From positions 320,001-384,000 of the forward strand of contig CP000070.1 in the NCBI GenBank assembly GCA_000002445.1: 64,000 nt of DNA, given 5' to 3'. Below are positions 42,701 through 51,414 of the stretch, one piece after another. This stretch comes from Trypanosoma brucei. Lineage: Eukaryota. Numbering within the stretch: the stretch's first letter is position 1; each line of letters starts with the position of its first letter. Made by a program: the position numbers and the translations under genes. The notes beneath the pieces are model-generated. The model did no database searches. It was not told the origin of the DNA and saw only the letters and a list, made by a program, of their open reading frames with translations.

Positions 42701-44544
42701 ACATGTTGAAGTCGTATCTGCACTACCCTGGCGCTGCTACCACGAAGGTCGAACGAAAAGACGGTACAGCCGAAGGCGGCCAGCAAGGCTTGGAGTCTGA
42801 CAGTTCTGAAGAGGAGGGCTACGATGACCCCGACTGGGGTGATCAAGCTCCGCTCACACGTTCATTTGCGGGTGGGAACACTGGCGGTGAATCGCCTGCT
42901 GTTGGGGAGGTGATAGATCAGGAGGCGTTGAACAGCTTTTTAAACGTTGGTGTGACTGTACTCTCGGAGTTCGGTAAGCGGCAGGGCAAAAGAAAATCTA
43001 ACCACGATATGCCTGATAATCCTGTTGAACTGAGTGATATTCGTTCTCAGCGGAGAGACTCGGTGCCAGGGGGAGAGAGACGAAGTAGAAGACCATCCGC
43101 AGTATTCAGGCAAGGATTCTCGAGTCCGCGCGATGGCTGTGGAGACGGAAGGCCTAACCGATCCAAATCGGAGAGAAGAGCTTCTTTTGCGTTTGGAGAT
43201 TCCTGCGCTGCGAGTCCGAGAGGTGCTGACAAACACAACCGGGGTACCGCCGACGATGAAAATCGTTACCTTGGGGGTGACTGTTCGGTTGCGGGATCCG
43301 GAGGCGCATCTGCAGCGCAGACGAAATATTCAAGTGGAAACACGACTTCTACGTTCCGTGACCCTGTTGTTGCGTCCTCCAGCAGCATTGGATCATCGAA
43401 GTGCACTTCAGTTGCCACTGGGGATGCTAAAGGAGGTAACCTTACGGAGAAACCATCAGCACTGCCCAAGTCCAAGGATAAGCGGGACAAGAAATCCAAG
43501 GGAAACGCATCTGATGCTCCTCCAGAGGAGCTTCAACTAAAAAAATCACTGGAACAACTTTGTGAGGTTTGCCGCTCCGTGTCCTTTACCAGTTTGAGTG
43601 TTTCAGACAAGAAAAATCTGGAGGGAGCGAAGACAAATGTGCATCAAAGTCTGTCGTCTCTGTGCAAGGGGGTGGAAGTTGGACCAATTCGCCTCAAGAG
43701 CGAAGGTTGCTGCGAGGCGGTTTGCGATGCGTTATTCCATTTAATAGCGGAGGGTGATGTGACAAATCCCCTTGAGGGGGTGAGGGGCCCTCTGGCAGAA
43801 ACCCTGCTGCAACGCGTGGAGCTTTCTTGCCTCGCAAACCTTTTAGTGGCAAAGGAGATCCCCCTTCAGTGTGTATTGCATGGCCGGACGAACATCTTGA
43901 ATATTGTTATGGTTCCGAGTTGCGTGGAGGGGATGTGTGCCGACAGGTGGTCAACAATACTAACCGCCCTGCAAACGGACGCCCGTCGGGAGCGTGTCGA
44001 GTCCTTGCGGCTTTTATTTAAAGGTTTGAAGTACATGAAGGGGAAAGACTGTTTGCAGTCAATTAAACCGATGCTGCAGACGGCTGTCACTGCCGTACTG
44101 ATAGCTGAGTCGGCGCATGTAGCAGGCGAAAAGCTCTTTGCTCTTTTGGAGACAATTAAAAAAGAGGGGCGTATACCTATTGACTTTTGGGAGGAGGAAG
44201 ATTCCCGCAACCGGACGTTGTTCTCGCATGCGTGTGCATCGGGGAATGCAGAGCTTGTTGATGCGCTATGGTGCACCGGATTTGTGAAGTGTCCGAATAA
44301 GGTCCAAGGTGATGGAACCAACGGGTTAATGCAGGCGGTTATTAACAATCAACGGCGTGTTGTACAGTGGTTCTGTGACCATGCGATGGATTCAACCGAC
44401 AAAAGTTTTCAGCACGTACATCCCGTATATGGTGATGCCTTAAACATTGCTAAGGAGGTCGATGCCGACCTCCACGCCCTGATTGAGGCTAAAGTAGAGG
44501 AATTGAAGACATACCAATGGGCCTCAACCACGCAAAAACGTTAG
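39796..44544 (+). CDS. Large multi-pass membrane protein with C-terminal ankyrin-like repeats (~1582 aa); track start 39730 is GTG, first ATG 39796 (MDAINEST...)
   Basis: Cluster of ~5 hydrophobic helices mid-protein (ITTLILLLINVVVILVTLSLNL; LPTLIPISYTLVVFTYAITASF; FVFAMRGIAFVNASNALLITIAG; WYTFLFYLVLFIVFVPFTSHLWLL; WTWLALVSIDVAATAFLLVPHVILFVIEPLMFALFFL), then R/S/G-rich disordered region, then ANK-like repeats (LFSHACASGNAELVDALWCTGFVKCPNKVQGDGTNGLMQAVINNQRRVVQWFCDHAMD). Confidence 0.5.
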   Translation: MDAINESTLMSRAAPNAPKGISVLNKSVHESMHFPPAWVSLSVGHLDDAYSLSSKNNDVLCLAASLVMRGDTERALKMMEALIISSCVVVHERLKGLLSDDCSSLKRMSQVLLSHVRGRAALAAALGASIDPTSEECQQAAMGACEIVDWDVIHRWFIIALLLHDGDYKASDIVWFHHFFALPPMTTLDGSPKSATSARKRDADTLSAGFLGEGPTAMWAPMDASQMKDILLSHCGKDEVLLISTICAWKTRRYRSVTTSATEFLALAGGDQVILDDYMSIMVRFVLCMSLIELGERTLAGKEVAILMQHKEPFVAMVGCSIATFLLPLPECVGRITSFNGPIPRRRYLIALCEYIHALTLLQLGSMEAAIRVIREALPYSSSHNVGEWLLDILCIACTAIEDSKTISEWPVSVHRQLYLALAPAFFGGFNMHELKVNMKSPLGRMVYPRRTALCASIKQMLPVYMVRANQKFAKGEYVEAWENVTLAVACAEEIIGSVEFAFTDCSPMLVYAFGCRVGEHVIGELMSSSTSEEFSTCSVAGDTAALVQKSDMLGESVIQLCLQWARRIREFHPNARLGALTMSKCTTFAHTDNFLSRAMDVAHRYPGSALAQNCLTLALYGNHNIPEAADSAANALQTFPHTVEVKALYGYMLKKDGLYYYNYRGLIPVHCSPCNDYKWAKRNITTLILLLINVVVILVTLSLNLPNVFSLSETAREIAVRVQLPTLIPISYTLVVFTYAITASFTKNNLTHTILQDLFFDNGPLNRFVFAMRGIAFVNASNALLITIAGNNFLFTSHWYTFLFYLVLFIVFVPFTSHLWLLPSSDQPREAMWTWLALVSIDVAATAFLLVPHVILFVIEPLMFALFFLQGSTYRPTQDNVSGNVKKRLVIHTAYRNVMPSRYAVTTGSGFIHLSLLKLLFYKTHSSLSTKYLIRAQTDEENYRVFPLIEVFEPISPAPIELDEGTKYMLKSYLHYPGAATTKVERKDGTAEGGQQGLESDSSEEEGYDDPDWGDQAPLTRSFAGGNTGGESPAVGEVIDQEALNSFLNVGVTVLSEFGKRQGKRKSNHDMPDNPVELSDIRSQRRDSVPGGERRSRRPSAVFRQGFSSPRDGCGDGRPNRSKSERRASFAFGDSCAASPRGADKHNRGTADDENRYLGGDCSVAGSGGASAAQTKYSSGNTTSTFRDPVVASSSSIGSSKCTSVATGDAKGGNLTEKPSALPKSKDKRDKKSKGNASDAPPEELQLKKSLEQLCEVCRSVSFTSLSVSDKKNLEGAKTNVHQSLSSLCKGVEVGPIRLKSEGCCEAVCDALFHLIAEGDVTNPLEGVRGPLAETLLQRVELSCLANLLVAKEIPLQCVLHGRTNILNIVMVPSCVEGMCADRWSTILTALQTDARRERVESLRLLFKGLKYMKGKDCLQSIKPMLQTAVTAVLIAESAHVAGEKLFALLETIKKEGRIPIDFWEEEDSRNRTLFSHACASGNAELVDALWCTGFVKCPNKVQGDGTNGLMQAVINNQRRVVQWFCDHAMDSTDKSFQHVHPVYGDALNIAKEVDADLHALIEAKVEELKTYQWASTTQKR

Positions 44545-46012
44545 AGGGCATCAAAGCCGCTCTATTTGGATGATCATATGTATGTATTTCGCCTATAAGT
44601 AAGAGAGTGTGACTGTATTAATTGTTTTGAATGATATAGACAGGACATGGGCCGGAGTGGGGAAGTGTAAGTGTGTAACAAACAAATGAGACCAACAACA
44701 TTAAGGTAGATGTAGTTGAGGTTTTGATGGGCCAATATTCGAAACCAAAGGATGAAATTAGGGAAACGGAAGGGGAGGGTGAAGCAAAGAAATTTTCTTT
44801 GCGGATACAACTGTTGCAATGTTCGCTCCTGTTGCAACTTTTTATTTTTATTTTTAAACATGCAAACCAATACAATATCCAAATACTTGTGTTGTTATTA
44901 ATGAGTTTGTTATATCTATCATTGGGAACATATTTCCGAGTTGTGATCAACTCAGCGCAGTGGGGACCTTTTAAAAGGGGAGCAGGGTCAACTACTCAGA
45001 GGGAGAAAGTGATAATAATGACACTTTCTTTTTCATTGAAAATAAATAAATTATATTGTATTGGGGGTGTACATAAACATTCTTGATATATTCTCTATAG
45101 TCCCTTATGTTTTTTTTTAAAGCCCTCCTTCTTCGCCTTGTCTTACATATTACTGGTGCTGCACATGTTGATTGGAGATATAAACGAGGTGTTTCTTTTT
45201 TTTTTTCTGATACTGATATGGAAAATGTGGAAGAACGAAAAGCGGAGGAAGTTTGAGAAGGTTTTTAAAAATGTCACATCCGTTTCTGATCTTGTTTGCT
45301 TGGTTGTTCTTACAGAACGCTAAGCACGGAAAAGGAGTGAAAGGAAGCGTCCTCAACCGCACCTGCGACAGTTGTGCCACTTGCCGTCTGCTCCTTGATT
45401 ATTGAAACACTTCATCTTCTTGCTTCTCTTCCTTCTACCGTATCATTGGTTTTGTTGAATTTCCTTTCTACTGTTAGTGACGTATAAAATCACGTCTGCA
45501 CGTGTGAACAAATGCGGAGATGGAGCGTTTCCGTGCTATTGCGCACAACAGAGTATTCGTAGGGAACGGCAGCGGTATAAGGTGCTGCACTGAAATTGTC
45601 CCTAATGTACGCGCATAATAGTAAATTGGATCACCGCCGCGTGTCAGGTAATCGAGTACTAATCTAGTTTAAACCTGCTGAAGGTAACGGGAAGGAATCG
45701 CACGTTGGAGTATGGAGGAGGATTGGTGTGTGCGCATGAACGACCTGCCACCCTGTAGCGGAATTATCACAATTTACTGAAAGAGGAGCAAAAAGATGAA
45801 GCACGAAAAGGGGGGTTGACTTCCACTTTCCTTTCCCTTGCTTAGTTGTTTTTTTTGGGGGGGAGGGGAGGGATGCACATGTGTATATATTTCTCTCTTT
45901 GTATTCCCAATTTGTTTTTTTTAGTAACCTTATTTGTAGGGTAAACGAGCTGCCCCTTGGAGTCGCTGAGTAGTGGGTTCATCGCCTTAGCCTCCGAGCT
46001 GTCTGAACCATC

Positions 46013-47359
46013 ATGCTCGCGGACCGCATAAATAGGATATGTGGTCTAAGGGGGAATCACAGACATACAATCAAGCCAGGTGCTTCCTTGGCAACGGTCT
46101 TTGACAATGATTCCTCCCAGGACTTGAAGATTGAAGTTTCTTGGAAGAGATTAACTTCCAAAGATTTGGATGGTATATGCCGTCTTATCGCGGAAGGAGA
46201 TGCCGGAGCGCTCGTGAAAGTTGTTCACCTCTCAGACAACGATCTTGGTCCGCAGGGGGCGCAGAAAGTCGTGACGGCGATGAACATGTCGGGTGTCCAG
46301 GATTTGCTGTTGTGTTTCAACGATGTTGGGAGAGAAGGTTGCGACGCACTCTCCAACATAGTGAGTATTTCAGTGAATTTGCGGCTGCTTGATTTACGTG
46401 GTAATGGCCTCACTCCCCGTTGTGTGCACAAGCTGCTCAAGGCGGTTGCTGTGTCCACCAGTTTGAAGCGCCTTGGGCTTGGATCCAACAAACTTGGACC
46501 GGAGGGCGCTGCCCTTCTGGCTCGAAAGTTAGAGAAGAACACATATCTCACTTCCCTTGACATCTCGCTGAACGAAATTGGACCGGGTGGTGCGAAGCCC
46601 ATTGCCAAACTTATAGAGGGACCTGAATGTGTGTTGGAGTGTGTGCAATTGTACGGAAACCGTCTCGGACCAGAAGGCGTTTCCGAGATTCTAGCGGCGG
46701 TTAAAAAGAATCGTTCTATTAAGCAGCTCACACTTGGAAACAACCACGCCACCGATGCCGTAGCCGCTGATCTTGCCGCCATGTTGCGTGAAAACACTTC
46801 GCTGGAGCGCTTAGATATTCGGCTAAACACCCTAACAGCGGCAGCCGTCCGTGTCTTTGCACAAGATGGTTTAGCACAAAACAGCGTGCTTCGGTCTCTC
46901 TGTCTTGCTGGAAATCCTCTTGACAGCATTGGAGGTGAGGATATATCCCAGGCACTTATTTTGTCCCAGGTGACCGTTCTCTCCCATTTGGACCTCAGCT
47001 CGTGCCAACTTGGGCCGATTGGCGGGATGCGTATCGCGAACCTCATTGGCACAAGCTCTACCATTACCGACGTGAACCTGAGTGACAATAAGCTGGACGA
47101 TGAGGCATCTGCTTCGCTTGCGAACAGCATTTTGAACGGCGTGTCGATTTCGTCGTTAAATCTATCTGCTAATGAGATTGGGGAGTGGAGCGCAAGCAAT
47201 TTGATCGAGGCAACTCAACGCAATTTCCGCATGATGTCACTTGTGCTCCATGGGAATAAAATCAACCGCACAGTCCAGAAAAAGATTGACACACTATTGG
47301 AGGAGCGCCTTGCTCGCAAAAATGCGGAGTGTCAGCGCACATCATCCTCTCGAGCATGA
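46013..47359 (+). CDS. Leucine-rich repeat protein, ribonuclease-inhibitor (RNI)-like LRRs, 448 aa
   Basis: Repeated ~28-aa units L..L.L..N.IG..G...(L/I)A..L..N.....L (e.g. VVHLSDNDLGPQGAQKVVTAM, LRLLDLRGNGLTPRCVHKLLKAV, LKRLGLGSNKLGPEGAALLARKLEKN, LTSLDISLNEIGPGGAKPIAKLIEG, VQLYGNRLGPEGVSEILAAVKKN). Confidence 0.7.
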   Translation: MLADRINRICGLRGNHRHTIKPGASLATVFDNDSSQDLKIEVSWKRLTSKDLDGICRLIAEGDAGALVKVVHLSDNDLGPQGAQKVVTAMNMSGVQDLLLCFNDVGREGCDALSNIVSISVNLRLLDLRGNGLTPRCVHKLLKAVAVSTSLKRLGLGSNKLGPEGAALLARKLEKNTYLTSLDISLNEIGPGGAKPIAKLIEGPECVLECVQLYGNRLGPEGVSEILAAVKKNRSIKQLTLGNNHATDAVAADLAAMLRENTSLERLDIRLNTLTAAAVRVFAQDGLAQNSVLRSLCLAGNPLDSIGGEDISQALILSQVTVLSHLDLSSCQLGPIGGMRIANLIGTSSTITDVNLSDNKLDDEASASLANSILNGVSISSLNLSANEIGEWSASNLIEATQRNFRMMSLVLHGNKINRTVQKKIDTLLEERLARKNAECQRTSSSRA

Positions 47360-47711
47360 TATGATGTACCAACACCGTTCGCGTAACGTGGAGTTACATT
47401 GAGGGGAGCGTTCACCCTGTTGTCTCTTTCAAATGTATAGTTTAGACCAGTGAGCCTGACACAAAACAGAATTTCAGATCTTTTGTTAGAAGGTACACCG
47501 CGGTGGAATATTCCTTTCGTCAGTACTCACACTGGCGTGACGTTCGCCCTGTGTTGCAGTGCCATGTTTGGTTTGTGATGACCGTTCATCTTAACTTCAT
47601 GGTTGATTGTTCCTTAGCATCTGTTTCTCCCTTCCCCCTTGTCTAAATAACACTGACTCGCTACTTGTATGGAAAAAAAAATAAGAAAAAAAGGAGGTTT
47701 GAAATCTGCAA

Positions 47712-49178
47712 ATGAGCGCAAGCGACGGAGGGAGAAGCAGTAAAAGGAGCGGCAATGGCTGGTCCCGCGTAAAAAGGTGGTCTGCCAACGTTCCTGCCAC
47801 TTATGTCGAAGGAACGCAGATGTTAACCGTGGATGGAGCCCAGCAAACAGCAGTGGTGAATCCCTCCTGGAATCGGGGCTATAACCCTGCTGATTGCGCG
47901 TGGACGAGAGAAGGTGGGCTCAAACGGCACCGTACAGGTGACAACAATGCGGAGGATCGAAGGCTACGCCACAAGTCCAAGATGAGTACGCTGTGCCCCA
48001 AGACGGAACCGTTAGGAAGTAGCAACATGCCATTTGACTCGGAAGGTATCCATACTTTTGATGAAGGATTGCTTTCTTTCTTGGCAGCAGTTGCTCCCGA
48101 TGAGGAAGCGCACCGCAAGGCGAGATTGGTTATGCATGATGTAGCACAAACTCTATACAACGTCGGCTTGCAAGTAGCACTTTTCGGTAGTTGGTCTACA
48201 GGCCTTTGTATTCCAAGCAGTGACATGGATTTTGCGGCCGTTTCAGTGATACCACATGTTGCCGGCAGAACGAACAACTCCAATATGTTCCGGAGGAACT
48301 ATGAATACGGCGGAAGTTGTGGTATGGTGACAGAGTCTCTCTTTGCAAGTTTGAGTGATCCACCAGAATTTAAAAGAGAGCGGCAAAGAAATTACTCGTT
48401 GGCACTGCGGACTGTGGCGAAGAGCATGCGGTCTTCAAATTCCTTCTGTAGAATCGTTTGTATTCCACACGCCCGTGTGCCACTTGTTAAGGCTGTCCAT
48501 TCCTGTGGGAAAGCAGTTGATGTCTCATTCCAGAGCGATGGTCTGAAAACCACAGCTTTTCTACGTGATGAGTTCAGAAGAGAAGAATTCCGTCGAGCTC
48601 GGGGGCTCATCATGTTACTGAAGGCTCTGCTTGACAAGTGGGAGCTTAACGATCCCAGTAAAAATGGCCTCGGGTCTTTTCCCGTATCTATTATGGTTCT
48701 GTGGTTTCTGCGGGAGGAGGCACCAAAGGAATGCACTGGTGAGTCAGGGAATAACTATGCCACCCAATTTGTTGCTCTTCTGAAATACTACGGCACACAA
48801 TTTGACTATTTGAAGGAGGGAATTGACTATGCTAAGGGCTGCACGTTCACAAAGACGTCAACGGAACTGTTTATTGTGAACCCACTGAAACCCGGTGCCA
48901 ATTGTGCTTCATCTGCGACACTGTTCGATTCCCGTGTCGTGCCGAATCTGCGTGAGGCATATAGAGACCTTTTACCACTTCTTAAACCCAATGTTACCGC
49001 GTGTTTGATCGAGAGGACTCTTGGTAGAGTATTTGGTGTTTCGCAGAAAGCCTTGAGCAGAGGCAAGGCAATGTGGAAACACCGGCAGGACGCTCGTGCC
49101 TACGTTGGAGGCGCAACGGCGCAGCACCAGTGGGATGAATTGACAAACATGTACGTAGGAAATCCCATTGGGGTGTAA
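47712..49178 (+). CDS. Non-canonical nucleotidyltransferase of the Cid1/TUTase/ncPAP (Pol-beta-like NT) family, 488 aa
   Basis: NT core motif ...VALFGSWSTGLCIPSSDMDFAAV... (hG[GS] ... D.D catalytic aspartates) followed by a PAP-associated-like helical region; ~130-aa N-terminal extension. Confidence 0.65.
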   Translation: MSASDGGRSSKRSGNGWSRVKRWSANVPATYVEGTQMLTVDGAQQTAVVNPSWNRGYNPADCAWTREGGLKRHRTGDNNAEDRRLRHKSKMSTLCPKTEPLGSSNMPFDSEGIHTFDEGLLSFLAAVAPDEEAHRKARLVMHDVAQTLYNVGLQVALFGSWSTGLCIPSSDMDFAAVSVIPHVAGRTNNSNMFRRNYEYGGSCGMVTESLFASLSDPPEFKRERQRNYSLALRTVAKSMRSSNSFCRIVCIPHARVPLVKAVHSCGKAVDVSFQSDGLKTTAFLRDEFRREEFRRARGLIMLLKALLDKWELNDPSKNGLGSFPVSIMVLWFLREEAPKECTGESGNNYATQFVALLKYYGTQFDYLKEGIDYAKGCTFTKTSTELFIVNPLKPGANCASSATLFDSRVVPNLREAYRDLLPLLKPNVTACLIERTLGRVFGVSQKALSRGKAMWKHRQDARAYVGGATAQHQWDELTNMYVGNPIGV

Positions 49179-49678
49179 AGAAAATGAAGAGACACGTTCA
49201 GTGGTTGAATTGTCGACGAAGGAGATTGTTGTATTCATGTGGGAATGAAGAACTCTTCCGTCCACGGTAACTGGATTCTTGGGAGCGTACTTGGTTCCGG
49301 GGAAATGCGCTTTACCCTCCAAATGCAGACAAATGTCAACCATCTTCGGGTGCTACCGAGAAAGAGGGAGCCACTATACTCTGTATGCGCGCATCTCCGT
49401 GTTACATCTTTTATGGCATGGATGGCTTCACTGCCTTAACTCGCTGTGCTTGGGTTGTGTTCACTCAGCTCCCACCTTCGAGCTCCCCTAACGGTCGATA
49501 CTTTCCTGTCCTCCAGATAAACTGGCGACCCAATGCACATCCGTTATGGGTGCGCCCTATATCGATTTACCCATTCTCTACACGTGGTGACAATTTGTAA
49601 ATTTCACTTCACCTGCCACGCAGTCTCCCTAATATAGAAGGAGAAAAGGTACGAGGATTAGGGACCTCTTTAGATTTT

Positions 49679-50644
49679 ATGTTCGGAGAGCTGGTCTGCG
49701 GCCCACCCGGAAGTGGCAAAACAACGTACTGCGAGGGAAAACGGCAGTTTCTCAGCGTTTATGAACCCACACGACCCGTAGTACTGCTGAACCTGGACCC
49801 GGCCAATGAGGATATCTTTCCTTACCCTTGCGATGTCGATATACGTGAGGTTGTCTCGCATGTGCGTGTCATGGAAACGGAGGAACTTGGACCCAACGGT
49901 AGCTACTTGTTTTGTGCCGCTCTCATGGAGCGTCGCATCGACTGGATAATACAAAAGGTTGAGGAAGCCGTTGACCGCCGTTTGCGTGACGTGGTCATCA
50001 CTGGTGGGGGCTCCGTTCACCCCCGCCCTCCATATCTGATTATCGACTGCCCTGGGCAAGTGGAGTTCTATTTAGGTTCTCCTGTTATGCATACACTTTT
50101 CCGTGCACTGCAGAAGCGACTTTGCTGTACTCTCTGCACTGTGCATCTCGTAGACGCCAGTGTTTCAACACGCGACATTTCTACTTACGTTTCAAGTTGC
50201 TTGCTTAGCATCACAACGATGATTGACCACGAACTGCCGCATATTAACGTGTTTAGCAAATGGGATACCCTCTCGGTAGAGGACTCCGAGGAAGGAGAGG
50301 CTTATCTTCGCGCCTCAAGCTTTATGGCAGAGGACTTCGACAGATTGTGGAAGAAGCAACTTCGGCAACGCCGTCGCAATCAGCGGCTTGCGAAGTTGTA
50401 TCCCACTGGAGCGGAGAAGTTGGATGCTCGCGACGAACCGAGTGCGGCGGCGAGGGACGACATGGAGGTGGAGGCTATTGACCTGGAGAAGGACGGCGGT
50501 CACTTGTATCGCTACAGCAAGGCTGTAATGGAGGTTGTGGATGGTTATGGGTTAATTGGTTTTTTGCCGCTCGACGTTCAGTCACAGGATATGATGACGC
50601 GTCTAACGCAACAGATAGATGATTGCATCGGCAACTTTCTATGA
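49679..50644 (+). CDS. GPN2: GPN-loop GTPase (GPN2-like), 321 aa
   Basis: MFGELVCGPPGSGKTTYCEG (P-loop as in GPN2 ...GPPGSGKTTYC...), GPN motif ...EELGPNGSYLF..., DCPGQVEFY switch/G3 region. Confidence 0.85.
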   Translation: MFGELVCGPPGSGKTTYCEGKRQFLSVYEPTRPVVLLNLDPANEDIFPYPCDVDIREVVSHVRVMETEELGPNGSYLFCAALMERRIDWIIQKVEEAVDRRLRDVVITGGGSVHPRPPYLIIDCPGQVEFYLGSPVMHTLFRALQKRLCCTLCTVHLVDASVSTRDISTYVSSCLLSITTMIDHELPHINVFSKWDTLSVEDSEEGEAYLRASSFMAEDFDRLWKKQLRQRRRNQRLAKLYPTGAEKLDARDEPSAAARDDMEVEAIDLEKDGGHLYRYSKAVMEVVDGYGLIGFLPLDVQSQDMMTRLTQQIDDCIGNFL

Positions 50645-51414
50645 CGCGAAACTTCTCTATTCGTCTCCACCGGTGCCTGCGCGTATGCCGTGCTGTGCGG
50701 ACAGTACCCTTGGTACAGCTTCTCAATGGCTATGCGGCGAGCGAGATATAACACATGCTCTAAGACTTTTTACGCGGAACGTCACCAATGTTGTTTTAGT
50801 GGATCGTTGCTGGGGATATTCGCCCTAAAAGCTGTACGAAAGCTTCCACTTCTCTAATCAACTGTGACATGCAAGGTTTCGTGGAAGGGAAGTTATCTGA
50901 AATTTTACTATGATCAGGTGCAGTCCCTCAGCACAAATGTAAATGGTGGTGATCTGATTCCACGCAGCTTCCGTAGTGGTTCAGAGAGCGGCCTCCCGCA
51001 CGCCCGTTCGTGTTTACTTCATTACCCGGAAGGTTGGCCCTCAAACTATCGTGATAAAACCTTGAAGTTTTGGATAGCTGTCACAGGACGTGCAAGGCAG
51101 ACACTATGTAATGGCGGCTGCGGTTTCCCCTTCACGGCCAGAAATGGGTCGTGTCACCGTGTCAACCCACGTGGTAGAATGAGTTTTCTTTTCTCTCTTT
51201 TTTTGTTCTTTGATCGTGGGGTTGTTGCCAAAATTTTGGTCAATCGGGTATGACGAGAAATCGTGTGTAACTCGCACGTGTCCGTATGCGCACAGATCGT
51301 AATGTATGTGGCAAGACCCCCTTCCCGTATGTGAGTGCCCCCTTTTCCTGGCTTCCACTTGAACTTCCTTCCTTATATTCTCCTATAATTTGACACAGTG
51401 TATTTGTCATCAAG

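Noticed and set aside
44545-46012. 1.5 kb spacer with 120-aa + ORF 44724..45086 and AT-rich low-complexity sequence
   Set aside because: The ORF is low-complexity (runs of L/F/K from AT-rich DNA) with no domain. It is more likely long UTR / intergenic sequence. snoRNAs cannot be excluded but none could be recognised by eye.
46225-47199. 324-aa ORF on the minus strand
   Set aside because: Lies entirely antisense to the well-supported LRR gene (46013..47359). The product is low-complexity with S/R/P bias typical of antisense reading of LRR codons, and every other gene in the window is on the + strand.
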